DNA from: Lama glama
Taxonomy: Eukaryota
NCBI GenBank assembly: GCA_028534125.1
Contig: CM052817.1
Location: forward strand, 61,444,001 to 61,508,000
Length of the DNA: 64,000 nucleotides
Direction: 5' to 3'
Part shown: piece by piece, positions 23,991 to 38,991 of the stretch
How positions within the stretch are numbered: position 1 is the first letter of the stretch
Layout: every line of letters starts with the position of its first letter
Made by a program: the position numbers and the translations under genes
The notes under the pieces: generated by a model
The model's input: the letters and a program-made list of their open reading frames with translations, nothing else
Told to the model about the DNA's origin: nothing
Databases searched by the model: none

Positions 23991-26900
23991 CTTAAAGCTA
24001 GTAACAAGCTATCCAAGACTTTATAGTATCACTTGGATAAAATAAATGATTTTCTTGACATTTAATTTGGAAAACATTTTTAATTTTGTGAGGATGCTAA
24101 AATGTGAGTGTGGAATATGACGAACATCCATATTCAGTTCTTTTTCCTACCTTGTTACATTATTTTACATGACGTTGTATGTAACACATGAGATCAGTCA
24201 GACTAGAACACGACATAGAATTAGTCTTTGTGTGAAAATTATTGCTGAAGCATCTTTGCCTGCATTCAAGGTTCCATTTTTATTTTTCCAGGTTTTCTTT
24301 GCTTTAATGTCATGGTAGAATAGGAAAACTGCCTGGTGATTTGGAGAAACTAACATTAATTGCAGTTAGTGAATACTGTTTAAAATTTGGCATGCCAAAT
24401 GCATTTATTAAAGAATTCTAGGATTTAACTATGTTCATTTTTCTATGCTTAATACTATATTAAGATGTCTTTCTTTTAATTGCATCAGTTCTTCAGATAC
24501 TGCTTACGATTTTATGACCTTTACATCAGTCTCAGTTTACAATTGTGTCTCCAGCCTCTGTAAGAAGATCTGCTTTCTTAGACCAGGTTTTCCAACACCT
24601 AATAATTCTTCACTTGGTCTCAAAAGATGATGCTTGAAAAAAGACAGAATCAAATTCTCATGAAAATAAATGGTCTGGGTAGAGTAAACATCGTATTTAC
24701 ACCAAGAACCAAATTTCTAGAATAACTTCAGAGCTGAGAGAAAGAACTGCTAAGAGAGTTTTAGGTAAGTGAAGACAACGTATGTATGTAGAACTTTGTA
24801 AGTTGAAATAGGTGCAGTTGAAAATAAGAGTTTAATACCTTGCCTAATTAGAAGTAAAAATATTTAGTGTCTCATTGTCTCATCGAAAGCATAGACTTAG
24901 ATAAATGGTAATGAAACGGTCCATACTTGAGTACGAGGGTAAATGTTCAGCCAGGATTGCAAAGGACGTTCCGTTTAAACCTCCCTGTCAGAGGTGAAAT
25001 TCCTCTGCTTTGTTAATCTCCTGGGACATCTTATATTCCAGGCTTAAAGGCTAGCCAAAAACTGTAAAAGCTTCTTGCAGAAGTATTGTTGCAAGTCTGG
25101 CTTCCTAATTTATAGATTGTTTTTGTTTGTCTCTCTTATACAGACTTTCTTTATCACAGACTTGTTTTTCACGTAAAATTGGAAAGTTACTCCTAAGAGT
25201 TTCCAACATTTTTTTTCTTAATAATGTTTTACCAGCCAGAAGATAATGTCTCCCACACAATCTTTTTATTACCTTGATAAACAGTTATTTGTGGAACCAG
25301 AAATGTACTCATTTTGCACATTATTATGCCCTTAAGGAAGATACAGATAAAATAATACCCTAGAGGGCTTGTTTAATAAAAACTGTGATGTTAGGAAAGA
25401 GAGTAACAGTCCCTTTTTTTAGTCACATTTTTTCCCAGAAATACAGGGTGGATTGATTTCCCCAGACAAATAATTGTGCAATTGTTGTGTTGCTGATGAG
25501 TCTTTAAAATCATATAAATCATAAATATTCATTTTTGTCTGTATTCATTCTTTTGCATGAATAATTACCAAATGCTTAAATTCCAGGGACTGATACGTGC
25601 TAGAGATTCAGAAGTGGATAGCAGTTGATATATAGACAAGATCATCTGAGATAACTCTGTTACCCAGATAATAAAACCAGTTAATACAAAGGAAATTTGG
25701 CCCAGACAGGGTAGGCTTACTTAGATTTTGTGGACCTCTGAGACGATGACCTCAGTGCCATCACCTGAGAGAGTAAACGGGGTCAACCATGCGATGACGT
25801 GGGACGAGTGCTCAAGGCAGAGGAAACAAGGCTGGGAACCCTGAGGTGGAAAGGAGCCCAGCAGGTACACAGAACAGAAGGGACCGTGTGGCCAGAATGT
25901 GGTAGGTGAGGGGAAGCTCAATCCAAAGACAGAATACTTGTGCATTCAGGCAAATAACGTATGTTCCCCATACTGTCCACAGCATTTTAAATGGGAAGTT
26001 GTCTAATTATTATGTCTAACCACGTCCAAGTAAAATTAGAAAATGAAAAGCCAGAAAGTCTAATCAATTTGCTAAATAAAGTCTACCCACCGAGTTAGTG
26101 CGTGCCCTGGGCATAATGATCGGCTTAGTGCTTTTCTAGTTGAGACCCATGGAAGACCTAGAACAGGGGGGCATTAACATAGGATATGTTGGTAACATAT
26201 TTGTAGGGAACAGAATGCCCCTTAAACACGTGAAGTCACTCAAAAGCAAAACTTCCATATGTAGAAATGGAACATATAATGCTCTGCTCATAATTTTGGG
26301 ATGAACTTGACAATTTAGTCCTCTCTGTGAAAACCTGTCTTGGTTTTCACATATCACCTGAGCTGCAGACACCCCCTTCTCCAAGGCCACAGCCTTTGTG
26401 GCACCATCCATGGGTGATGAACTGATCTGGGAGGGCAGGGAAAGCCTGGCCCCTTCAGCACAGGTCAGGCCAACCCAGGCGGGCCATGCTGGCTCTGTGA
26501 GCTCCCACCTTGTACCTCAGTTGCCTCCATTCTCTTCAGTGTGGTCCTTGTCTTCGCCTTCTCATCATTCTCTCTGTCCTGGACCTTCTTCTCCCTTCTC
26601 CTTACATTTTCAAACCAGATCTCAGATACCATTTAATGAAATCATTAAAGTGAAAGGATCAATTTAGGGCAGGCTGAAACATGTATGGAAGTCAAAAGAA
26701 AGATACACTGACTCTTCCTTGCCTCCAGTAAAGATGTCTATTTGTTGATTCCATCAGAAGCACCCTGGGAGGAATGAGGAGGTAAAGATGTTTCTGTTAT
26801 AAATAACTTTTATTTCCTATCTTGGTGTTTATAGGATTTTGTTTTTTAGCCTTGAAATAAAGCAATTTTACTGGCCAAAAAAATATCAAATATTATCAGG

Positions 26901-27681
26901 GCTGTATGAATGAATCGATGAAGTAAGAGCTTCAAAACAGAAAATTAAGTTTAATTTTGAATAAATGTGATAAGATCTTGTCACTGGTAAGCAGCACTTC
27001 ATATACTATTATTATTTTGTATGTTATAATTTTCTATATGCAACTTTTTAGAAGCACATGTACTAGCCTTTTGATCAGCCACTTAATGCGTTTTATTTAA
27101 CACCTCTGCTGTTTCCTTTATATTCTAAAAGTTTTCTCTAGTTCTCTGCCAGGGAAGATGCTGCTTCTGAGTGGCCTTTGGGAATGTGAAGGGGGTGGTA
27201 TAGATCTCACAAGGTCAGGAGGGTGCCACTCTGGGCCAAGGATACTCAGTGTCTTGTCCTGCTCGGAATTGTCCCACAGGATCAAAAGTCATCTGCCCGA
27301 AATGCCAGTGGTGCTTCCCTGAGAATGATTGGGTGGAGCACAAATGCTCCCTCCTCTGAGATTTTCTTGTTCCTCCTACAGCTTCAGCCACACAGTCTCA
27401 CCCATGGTGTACCACCCCACCCTCCACAGTGGAAATAATCTCACTTCTGAAGTAACAACTGTGTCATTTTTATCACTCTTTGGCGCCTCCTTTTCTAATA
27501 TGTGTTATGGATATTTGTCTACATATCCTAAGTCTCCCAACTAGAGGATGAGCTTTTCAAACACAAGACTCATAGTATAATACACATTGGGAGGTAAAGG
27601 CATTCTAGTAGTCATGGTATTTCTTCCTGGACATTTATACATAAGTGTGTATGTAAATATACATATTTAAGTATTTAAATA

Positions 27682-27902
27682 CAGTTGCTCCTTGAACGAC
27701 ATGGGAGGTTAGAGGTGCCACCCCCCTGTGCAGTCAGAAATCCACATCTAGCTTTACAGTCGGCCCTCCCTTTCTGGGGTTCTGCATTTGTGAATTCAAC
27801 CAAGTGCGGATCATGTAATACCGTAGTATGTATTTAGTGGGAAAAAATCCACGTATAAGGGGACCAGTGCAGTTCAAATCCACGTTGTTCAAGGGCCAAC
27901 TG
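27682..27902. mobile_element. Tigger2/MER8-type non-autonomous Tc1-mariner element
   Basis: Inverted termini cagttgctccttgaac and gttcaagggccaactg, with TA on both sides (27680-27681, 27903-27904). Confidence 0.85.
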
Positions 27903-27978
27903 TATATAAATATACAAATTCAGTTAAAAGATTGTAAGCTTCATCTCTGGTGAACCACTCCCCAAATTATAAATAAAC

Positions 27979-28384
27979 TGTATTAGTCACCTGAGGCTGC
28001 CGTAACAAGATGCCTAGACTTGGTGACTTAAACAACAGAAATTTATTTTCTCACAGTTGTAGAAGCTGAAAGTCCAAGAGCAAGGTGCCAGCAGGATAGG
28101 TTTTGGGTGAGGCCTCTTTGGCTTGCAGGTGGCCACTTTCTGGCTGGGCTGTGTCCTCACACAGCCTTTCCCTATGGACTTGTGAAAAGGAAGAGCTCTG
28201 GTATCTGTCCCTTCCTCTCCTTTAAGGACACCAGTCTTCTTGGATTAGGACTTCAGCCTTGTGACCTCATTTAACCTTAATTACCTCTCTAGAGGCCCTG
28301 TCTCAAAATACTGTCATATTAGGAGTTAGGGCTCCAACATCTGAGTTTGGTAGGGTGGGAGCACACAGTTCAGTCCATACCACA
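27979..28384 (-). mobile_element. MLT1-family MaLR solo LTR
   Basis: tgtattagt...ggctgccgtaacaa...cttaaacaacagaaatttatt...gacctcatttaaccttaattacctct...ttcagtccataccaca. Confidence 0.85.
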
Positions 28385-31300
28385 CTCGTGCTGCCTTTCT
28401 GTACTAATGTTTATTTTGATAGGTTAGCATTTAAGAAAAAGTTACTCTTAAATAGAATCACTGACTTGGACCCAGTTGGAAGTATTATTGTTACCTCTGT
28501 TGTGGTGCCTTCTTTTCTAATTTGCATGACAGGTATTTATCCCTGGGTCCTCTGTCCCTAACTAGAGGATGAGCTCTTTGAACACAGGTTTTTGTCTTCT
28601 CCCCTCCCCTGGCCCCCGGATTTGGCTCTGATTAGCACTAAGTAGTGGTACTAATTGTATGGAATTGCATACTGCTCCAGTTCCCTAATTGTTCAATTGT
28701 AGGGAAATTGTTTACAACATGGTATATGTAATTTTTAATTGTATACAAAATTCAACATAAGGTCGAAATTTCATAAAAATATCAAGGCATTAATATCCTT
28801 ACTGAGGGTAAAGTGGAACCATCCCTAAACTGCTTGAGAAGAGAATTATAGTTGTGCTCTGGACAATCAAATTGGCAAAACTTGATGCTTTTCCTGTTAT
28901 ATTATCTGTTAAATAGTCATTGGAGATACTTTTTTTAATTAAATGAACATTTGTTCCTTTATCCATCTTCCTTTGTGTTTTTGGTCTATTTCAACATGAA
29001 TAGCTCACTCACTCCTGTGAGGGACGCTACCTGACTGATTTTAGAAATAGGCTATCAAATGCTTAGTGCTGATTGCAAAAACCAACCAAAATTTTATCAT
29101 TACTAAGGGAATGTTTAAAGTTAAGAGTCTAATTAAAACATTTATTAAAAAGAAGCAGCCACCATATTATTAGTTAGCTATTAATACTGAAACCTAATAA
29201 TAATTTCTGGCCTACCAATATAGAGAGTTATGGGAGGCCATAGAAAATTTCATTTAAAGGTAATTCTTTTAAAAACTTTTATACCCAAAATACATCATTG
29301 TGTCGAGTACCACAGTATTTTCAATTAAAGGGAGATTTTCTTAATCTCACTACTTTGTTAGTTTCTACTATATAGTAAGATATTTAATAGGTGATTTTAA
29401 ATTTTTTATGGTTGTATAGGTCTGTATAAATAAGCATAAAGTAACATTTTAGTTCAGCAAAAAGATACTTAAAAGTACCATGATCAAAACATACTTTTGT
29501 AAGTCTTTTCTTTCTCTTGCTCAAGGAATGCTATGTTCTGATTTTTCACACGTTATGGTTAGGAATTATAATATATGATCCCGTTTCCCAATTTTCAGAG
29601 ACTTAAAATATACTCACCAAGGGAGAAATGATTTCCCCTCCCTTTAGTTGAAAAACAGTTCAAACTCCAGCCGCCAGTTACATTACACAAAACTGAAGCA
29701 GTTATGGGGGGAAAATATCCCCTCTAGGCTGTCCCATAGCACTAAATAATGTCCACATGATTTCCAGCTGAGGGCCATCAGAACAGATGTTAAGTCACTT
29801 CTTGAACAGAAACTTAGGACCTTTGTATATTCACTGAAAACTTAGAAAGCAGGTAATACAGAAGTATTTCCAAGCATGCTCTTTTTACCGCAAGGTTTCA
29901 AAATGTTTTAGCTGGTTCACAGACATTCACATGGTCCACATAAAACAGATTAAGGAGTAGCAATGAGTTTTTCTTTCCTGTGCATGTCTTCATTATTGTT
30001 GTTTCACCGTATACTGGACTCTTGTTGCGTCTCCGTATGAAGACACACGTCATTTAAGTTAATCTAAAACCATTCCTTATAAGCGATGCAAAGAGATCAG
30101 GGATCACTCCTAGGCTCATATTCTCACATATTTTCATGAGGTAAGAATTAACAGTCAGATTTCCCCCAAAACACAGAACACCAGTGCTTTCACAGCATAG
30201 TCTAATTTTTAAAAAATAAAAACATTAACAGCTGGACAGAACCGTTTAGCCAATACTATCATATGGATTCCTGCAAAGCATTTTGTCAACCTGGAAAAAA
30301 GACCACAGATTCAAATAATGGGTATATAACCAAGCAGTAATTTTTTGTTTGTTGCAAAATATGGAATATTTGTAATTTATCTGCTTTCATTTTCTACTGG
30401 GGGATTGATTATACTGTCCTATGCAAATACTGGTTTGGTGACTGTAATATAAAGGCTGCCATCTATTGAACATAAGTAATTACTACACTTGAGTTCCTTG
30501 TGAGAAAAGTACTTGTAAAGTTACTAAAGCAAGAAACATAGTTCCCGTCTACTCTATTTTCACGCACAAATTGTTTGATTCTCTGTTTAATTATGGAAGT
30601 ACTTGAGTACTTTTCCCAAATTAAGCTGAGAATACTACCATATAAAAAGATTTTCTTCATAAAAATCAATATTCATAATAAACAAAAATTGACTTTAAGT
30701 TCTCTAGGCATTTTATCAGATGAACATTGTTTCTCTTATGATACTGTTGGGATAAATTCTTTTCACTTCACCTTTAGAGAGGTAAATTTCACAAAATTAT
30801 TTTATTGAACTCAACTAAAGAAAATAAAAGGAACTTCTTTTCTTGACTAAAGCTCAGTATTGAAGACACTTCCTGCAACTTTTTTTTTATTCTAAAGAAA
30901 TTACAACTTAAAAAGATTAATTAGGGGTATTGTTAATAGGCAGTCTTCACCATGATGGCGGCTTAATTTTCTAGCTTTTGCCACTATTCAGTTTTACATA
31001 TTTCAGTCACATTGAAAGTTTCAGAAGCCCAGGTTTTTCTACCTTTATGTGAAGATTTTTATTATGATGGTATAGTTTTATAAAAGAACACTGCATCAGT
31101 ATATTATATAATATAAAACATGACAGGTATGGATATTTAGACATCTTAATTTTCTTCTTAGTCAAATTAAAGAACTCTATTTTCAAATTACATTAATCAT
31201 AAAAGCAGTCTCAGCACTCAATAGGTGTTCATCTCCCAGATGCATCTAATTAATTACTTCTGAAGAATAGGTATTAATTTCTTGTAACAGAAGAATGTGT

Positions 31301-32195
31301 TAAAGCTAGGATGACGGCTCAGCAGTATTTGAGCTAGTGATACACGTGTGTTTTATCTTTTCACATACTTTATTTGTACCAATATCCTAGTAATTCATAG
31401 GTAGGAAAAAATGTTTGAGGATAAATTTCTGAGACATTTTAATGGCTTAGGGCAGTTGTATATCACTGTTTACATAATGGTGAATTTGAGGTTTTAATAC
31501 AAAGAAGCAAGACTTGTAAACAAACTTGATGGGCTCAGACTTATCGTTAACTTACAGTAATGGAATCAAATATCTCTTGTCAAAATCAACAGATCTCTTA
31601 GCAATGATATTAGGAGGGATATTAAAGCAGTACCACGTGCTTGTTAGGTAAATGTATATACACGCAAATACAGAAATCATTTCACTGTGAAAAATAAAAC
31701 AACCAGTCAACATTAATTCAAGAGATGAAAAAGTAAAAAAGGGGAGTATTATCAGGAATTCTTATTAAAATAATAAATGCTGGTTGTTGAAAAATATAAA
31801 AAAAGCAAACAAAAGTTACTCAAACCTGGAGGTGAATGCCGAAAAGGTTTTGGTTTATTTACGTTCTGTAGGAAATTGAAGCCTCAGGTAGAAAGTTGTT
31901 CTAAATGAGCTCTCTGTAGTCTCTTTTTCTTGATGATTTATAGCCTGAGTATTTAGAGAACTTAACAGATGAGATTTGCCAAGTAACACAATTTTTATTT
32001 TTTTTAATCTTGGTGAATGAAAAATAAAGTAGAAGACTGGGGACAGGTAAATAAATAATAAATGGGGACAAGTGCTGATTTTCAAAACAGAAAAAGGTCA
32101 ACTTCCAAATTATAAACTAATTTGAGCTTGAGCTCACCTGAAAAAAGTCTAGAAGACTTTTTTTTAGGTTCATTATGACGTATTTAATTAATTAA

Positions 32196-32320
32196 TTTTT
32201 ATTGAAGTATATTTGATTACAACGTTGTGTTTCTGGTGTACAGTCTAGTGATTCATATATATATATATACACATACATATTTATATTTATATATTCTTTT
32301 TCACAATAGGTTATTACTAG
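32196..32320 (-). mobile_element. L1 3' end fragment with internal (TA)n
   Basis: tttttattgaagtata...ttctggtgtacag...gtgattca...tattctttttcacaataggttattac. Confidence 0.65.
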
Positions 32321-33199
32321 AAGGAGTTATTAAAAGCCAGTTAGTGAGCATTGAGAAAAGGAAGGCAGAATTGCCAAAACCCAGAATTAAGTTTTCAAGA
32401 AACCAGTCACACCTAACTTAACACATTTTGGATGGACTGGGGGAAATCTTAATTTTAACAAGTCATCAAAGAAAGGCTCTTAAGATCCCTTTGAATTTAA
32501 AAATAAAATGAGGCCAATGATTCATAACAGGTTGAAGGAGTTTAACCAATGAATATTATTTGAAGATCAGTCAGTGACTTAGATGAGGCCCTCTACAGCT
32601 TGCTGCCTAAATTTATGGGTAACATGAGGCAGTGAGGGATAGCATTCATCTGTCATAAAAAGATCCTCCTTCAAAAATATATCAAAAGTGTAGGCAAATG
32701 GACCAAATCTAGTTTTTTTTTTTAAAGAAAGAAATGTAGTATGGTTATGTGCAATTTGGATCAAATCATTTGGTCTTCTGGGACATATTTGGGGTAAAGG
32801 GGTGGGATAAGGTTAGCAAAAACAAATATTTGAAACACTAGGGATTTTAGAAGAAAATGAGCCTAATACAAGTGTGTCATGTCATTTGACTTCTAAAATT
32901 ATAAGGCAAGTTAATAGTTCTATTCTGTGCTAGTAAACTCTCATGTGGCATATTATGTTTAATCTTTGGCATTAATCTCCAAGAATTATTTAGATAATCC
33001 CAAGAAAGTCAACTGAAAAATCATGAGATATTTAAGCTTTCTTTGGGTCAGAGGCAGTTATATAATTCTTTTCAGCTGATAATGTGAGCTAGTTCCTTGA
33101 CCAAGATCCACAACTGTGTCTTCTCCCGCAAAGATTCTCCCTTAGTTTCGGGCCTCATAGATGAGCAGTGGTCCCTGCTCGTGTTTATTACATATTGTA

Positions 33200-34000
33200 T
33201 ATAATAAATAAATCAAACAATGTTTATGAAGTACTTACGTGTGCCACTCAGTGTTCTAGGTGGGTGCTTGGTTTGTGGCAGAGGCAAAGTGCTGTCATGC
33301 ACTTACGATCTAGTGGAGCAGATGTGCAAATAGTATAGTTTTGTATTACAGTGTATTCTATAAAGAAATAATATGGGGCAATAGGACTAGTGTAAGGAGG
33401 GAAGGGAGGAGTAAAGTCATTAGACAGTAGTTAGGGGAAAAGAAGATTTGAGCTGAAACAGGAATAATTCAAAGGAGATATTAACCATGCAGATGTGCAG
33501 GAGATACCCTCTCCAGGCTGTGGGAATAGCAAGTGCAAAGGCCCTGAGAGAGGAATCAGCTTGGTGTGTTAAAGGAATGGAAAGAAGGCCACTATGACTG
33601 GAGCAGAGTAAATAAAGGAGAGAGTGGTAAGTGACTGAGTGAAGAAGTTGTCAAGGGCAAGATCATTTATTGCCTTGTAGGTCGTGTTAAAGGATTTAGA
33701 TTCTTATTTCAATTAAATAGGAAGCCAAATAAAGGATTTTAATCATGTGAGTAACATCTGATGTATCTTTTTAAAAGATCACTCTGAGTACCATGGAAAA
33801 TTGATTGTAAGGGAAAAATAATGAAAGCAGGAGACTATGTGTATTTCCCTATTTCAGGCAAGAGATGGTAGCTCTTTAGGCCATGAAGGTCCTAATAGAG
33901 ATGTAGATGATTGGACGGGTTTATGTTTTAGGGGAGGAACTGAGAGGCGTGTGGAAATATTGATGGGGGAAGAGGAGTAGTGTGATGGATAATGGAAAAT
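33200..34000 (-). mobile_element. LINE-2 remnant
   Basis: Purine-rich; gggaatagcaagtgcaaaggccctgag, ttttaaaagatcactctg and caggcaagagatggt. Confidence 0.6.
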
Positions 34001-36811
34001 TGCTGAGTCTGTGAATTTGGTAAGAATTAATTCAGTTGTAAGAGTCAGTGAAATTGATGACTCAGTTCAGTACAGTAGAAAAGCTATTCGAATCAAGAGG
34101 AAGAGGAGTGGTTGAGTTAGGGAAAAAGGTGCTTAAAATCCAGATTTTAGGCATGTTATACTTGTTGATGAAAAAGTAAAAGTTGTGAATTCTGGAGTGC
34201 ATGGCTGGGGTCTTCCAGGCCTAACACTTAATTGGTTGTAGAGGGATTACCACTGAAGTGAAGAAGTCAGAGAATTTAGCAGTCTCCTCATTCAGTGATT
34301 CAGCATGATAACACTGAGGTCATCAAGAAGTATTGTTGGAATGGGGTAAGGAGGAGCCAGTGAGCGGGGGGCTAAAGCAACAGTGTGAGGTGGGGGCAAG
34401 ACAGTGAGTGGATAGACAGCCAGTGCTACAGGCTGATGACTTGGGCCTCAAAGGACTTGGCATTTTGGAGGATCGAAGATGAGTGCTGATGTTAGGAACA
34501 GAAATGAGGACACCTGCTCCATCTCCAGCTTTATAAGCATGCGATATGAGAGAAAGGGGACCCCTGTTTGAAAGGACTACAAGGGAGGTGTAGAATGATA
34601 GAGAGTCTGTGAGGGCTGAGAGGGGCAGGAAGTGGATCCCATTAGGAGATACATAGAACGGTGAAGAAGGAAGAGCTTGGGAGATGATGGATGACTGAGG
34701 GGTTTGTACTTCTGGTTGTGGCAGGTAAACAGGGATGGAAAATCTGATGGGACAGGTCCTCATGGTCTTTTAGTCTGTTAGAGGACAGTGGACCCTGGAA
34801 TGTAAGCTCCATGAGAGTAGGACATTAAAGTGGGCATTATGCCTGGTGTCAAGGGGGAATTCAAATGATATTTTGTGGTTGTTGAATGAATGAGGGGATG
34901 CAATGAGTGACTGTGTGGGAGCGCTCAGGATGCATGACCCAGAATATTTAGCCAGGGAGCATGTGGCCCTTGGCTTCTGTCCTCTGATGCTGGAAGGCCA
35001 CTCTGGCTGGAGCCGGGGGCACTGTGGTGGCTTTTTCAAGATACCTGACTTCTCCCAGGACTTACAGTGGGTGGCTGTTGAACGGGAGGTATTCACACAG
35101 ATTCATTTGTATTTTGAAATAGGTAATGGATTGACTCAACACTGCTTATTGATTAATACATCCTTTTAATCTGAATTTAAAAAAAATCACTGTCATTAAT
35201 TCTTTTTATATTAGGATTACATTAATATTTACAAAATGGCAGATTTTTTTCCCCCTGTATAAGAAACTCTCCCTAACTAGTAGAAATTGTTGAAATCATT
35301 GAGAGGAATGATCCAGTGATGAAACTGATGATGCAAAATGAGAGCAGCTAAGGTTAGTGGTAAGTACCCTGCTGTGACTGAGGGAGTCAGACTTTTATCA
35401 GGGGATTGTTACAAATGATTTTTAAGTTAAAATCTTTATATTATATTGGTATTTTTTATAGACACAGCATAAAAATATGCTCATTCTTTACCTATCTTTT
35501 CTTTGGACCTCATATTACATTTTCTCTACAGAGAGCAAGGAATAGTATAGATAACTAGAGAGTTCACATAATAATAATACCGGACATTTAATAATGGCAA
35601 AATCCATTAGGGAAAGGCAAGAAGAGCAGAGAAGGGCATCAAGTTAAGGCAGAGTTTGAAAGGTGCTGAAGAAAATGGGATATAATGACAAAGAGCAAAT
35701 TCTTCCCTCAGTGCAAACAAGTTCCAGTTCCTTCAGAGGCCTGCTTTTATGTTTCCCTCTTTCCCTTGCTTCAGTAAATCGGAACGCTCCAAGAAAAATA
35801 ATTTCTTTGAGTCAGTCCTTTTTCCTTGCTCTCACGAAAAATAAACCTCATTTTGGGTGGTATTATAATATATTTCATCATCTTCTTTTCTCCTCTGACA
35901 GTCAGTCCCCTCTGCCCCTCCACGTGCAAATCAAGGATGCCCCTACTTGCTGATTTTTAAATTCTCTTCAAGATGCCATTTATAATAAATAGAGAATTAG
36001 CTGACTTAAATAATGCTTTTAGATTGCTACAGGAGCAAAGGCTGTTGAAATTAATTAATAAACTTAACTTGTGATTAAGACTGTCAGACATTTCCAGCTG
36101 AGGTTTAGTTGATTTAATTTTCCAGAAGGGGGATCACAGTTACAAGTGAACACACTCACCAAATTTATTGTCAGGAAGCCAGCAGAAGATACCCATTTTT
36201 CCTGACAGCAAGCAGTTTCCTTGACTGAAGTAAATGGCTTTGCTGTGCCTGTGAACCTCAGAAGTGCACAATGCAGCTGTGGTCCGGGTATATTCCACTC
36301 TCTGCTTACGATTGTTTGTGAGTGTGTGCTTTGTGGAAGGTTGAAAATACCAAGGACAGTTTATTGTCATTTTCCTCCTTTACCTGTTATAAAATACATA
36401 TTTTAAGGTTTCTGAATCTCTTCTTTTACTAAAAACTTGCCATGTGGTGTTACAATAAGTCATTCTGTTTGATTATTTTGTGATATTTATTTAGAGAGTG
36501 AGGAGACATTGAAATTTGTAGCTGGAGACAAAGTTTTCATACTGCAAAATAATTTTATGCATTCCTTTTCAAGGTTAGCCTTTGTGAAGAGTTTATTCTT
36601 GTGTAGTTTGCATGTCATTCCACCAAAATATGGATGAGCCAAATTAACATTTGAAATTTTATTACTAATGGTGTGCTTTAACATCCTGCAGCCAGGAATG
36701 GCCAGTGAAATAGTACAAAACACAGGCAGGTGTATAGGGTCAGGGCACCGAAGACGGAAGAAAAGGAGTTGTCAGTTGAGTCCTATGCCGAGACTAAAAT
36801 TAGCAGTGCGC

Positions 36812-37073
36812 TCAAAAGACAGAACATGTGATTCCACCTAAGTGAGGTATCTACAGTGGTCAAATTCATAGAAAGTAGAATGGTGGTTACCAGGGGCTGG
36901 GGGAGGAAGGAGAGGGGAGTTGTTATTTACTGGGTGTAGCGTTTCGGATTTGTAAGATGAAAGAGTTCTGGAGATCTGTTTCACAGCAGTGACTGTGTCA
37001 CACTACTGAACTGGCCACTTAAAAATGGTTACAATGGTAAATTTTATGTTGTGTTTTTTACCACCATAAAAAG
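36812..37073 (+). mobile_element. L1MA/L1MB-type LINE-1 3' end
   Basis: caaattcatagaaagtagaatggtggttaccaggggctgggg...gatgaaagagttctggagat...cacttaaaaatggtta...tttaccaccataaaa. Confidence 0.8.
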
Positions 37074-38394
37074 AAAATGAGGAATGCAAATTGTCAATCA
37101 GATTTAGCCACAGAGAGGTCATTTGTGACCTCGGCAGGAAGATGGTTTTGTAGAGATTGGGGAATGAGCCCCACTCGCGGCAGTGGAAGAGGAGCAGGCA
37201 GATGAGAAAGTGGAGACTTCGGGAGTAAAGTGTTATTTCCCAGAGTTTAGCTATTAAGGTGAGTGGGAAAACAGAAGGCGAAGGCACTTTGTTGTTGTTG
37301 TCGTCGTTTTAAGAGAAACAGTAGCATTTTTGAATGGGGATGCGAAGCCTGCAGTGGAGAAGGAGAAATGGAAAATGCAGGAGAAATAGAGGGGGACTAA
37401 TCGAGGCTCCTGAGAAAAAGGGAGGAGCTGGAGTACACATGGTAAGGATGTTGCTGTTTGACAGTTGTCAGGACTGGGATTTAGAAGGAGAGTTCCTCTT
37501 ACCAGTCCAGTGGGCTGGTCAGGCTGGTACAGTAGTAAGATGGGCAGATTGCTAACACACGTCCCCAGTGCAGAGATTATGCAAAGAAAGGCACAGTTAC
37601 CCGGAGAGATAATGCACAGATAGCTGTTTGTTCATTTTTCCTGAGAAAAACAGGCCAAAAAGATGAAAGGCCAGCTCTCCAGACATATCTGGGAAGGAGG
37701 AAGTCTTCATACCTCTCACTGGTGAGAAAAAAAAAAAAACTCACTTAAGTAACAGACAAAGCAGAAAGTCTGGCTGCTTCTGAGGTGCTGTTAATCGGAG
37801 CTTCCTCCAACCCTGAAAGGAATAAATATTAGGGAATGACAGGATGAGAATAGATACTGATGTCTGTTCCATATTCAATGAGATAGTTTAAGATTTTCTT
37901 CAAGCCTAGTATTTTTAGAGTTTGGCCAAGCAAAGAAATAAGTAATCAGTGTGTGTAATACATGGGAAGCCTCCCAAGTACATTGTTTGGAAACTTGGAA
38001 ATCTGGCTTTAAAAGGTATTTCATGAGTTATATGAATGTATTGTCAAGCGGCATTCATTTTTCTAATCAGCCTAGTTCATGGAGGTGTTGGAAATCTCAA
38101 CCTCTCTAACTCTTGTATCTTACCTGTCCTCATACATTAAGATATAGGCATTAATAATTCTTTATAACTGTATTTTATTTTTTCTAGGACATTGATCATT
38201 TATATTTTAAAGGATATTTTAAAAGATATTTTTGGAGTTTTAGTCATTTCTTTGAGGTTGATCACGTGTCAGTTCTTAAAACAGTAATACCAGTCTCACT
38301 TGACTTGGGAAACAGTCTTTAGAAAGTAGAAATACATTCTGAGAAATGTATCTATATTGTGAGTGAGTTCTGTATTTGAGAACAGTACATTTCT

Positions 38395-38960
38395 TTCATG
38401 CATTTATCCATCAAATACTTATTTTTTGTTTACTGTATGTTAAGCACTTTGTTACACTTCATTTATACCGGTAAACATAGCAGTCCCTAACCTCAGGGAG
38501 CTTCTGATTTGGCAAAGGAGTCCAGATTTAAACAAATAACTACACAAACTGTATAATTATAGTAAGAACAAATTCTGTGAAGAAGAAGTACAGGGTGTTA
38601 CGAAAGCATATGACATGGGCAACCTTTAGGGGATTTGGGAAACCAGGGAGGACTCCCTGAGGAGGTGACGTTTAAACTAAGGCCAGAAGGATACTCAAGA
38701 ATTAGTGTAGTGAAGGTGTGGCAGAGCGGTGGGTATAGAAAGTGAGAGCGAAGAGACTACACAGAAGCCTTGAGGTGGGAAGAAGCTTGGCCTGTTTAAG
38801 AAGAGATGGAAGACCAGTTGGGACTATAGCAAGCCAGACAGAAGGCTCCGTCAGTTGAGGCTAGCAATAGGTAGCCCACGATCACAGCTGTCCTTAGAGC
38901 AGTGCTGAAAGGATCTAAACAACAGACAGGTTCAGATTTGTGTTTTCAAAGTTTCACTCT
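38395..38960 (-). mobile_element. LINE-2 remnant
   Basis: cattt atccatcaaatactta, cagggaggactccctgaggaggtgacgtttaaact and ccttgaggtgggaagaagcttgg. Confidence 0.55.
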
Positions 38961-38991
38961 AGTAGCTGCTTGGAGATCTTATTCTCTGGAA

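Noticed and set aside
34323..35169. Cluster of 88-146 aa ORFs (also 47975-48347, 56377-56772)
   Set aside because: Lie in decayed repeats or plain intron, with no recognisable protein or exon structure.
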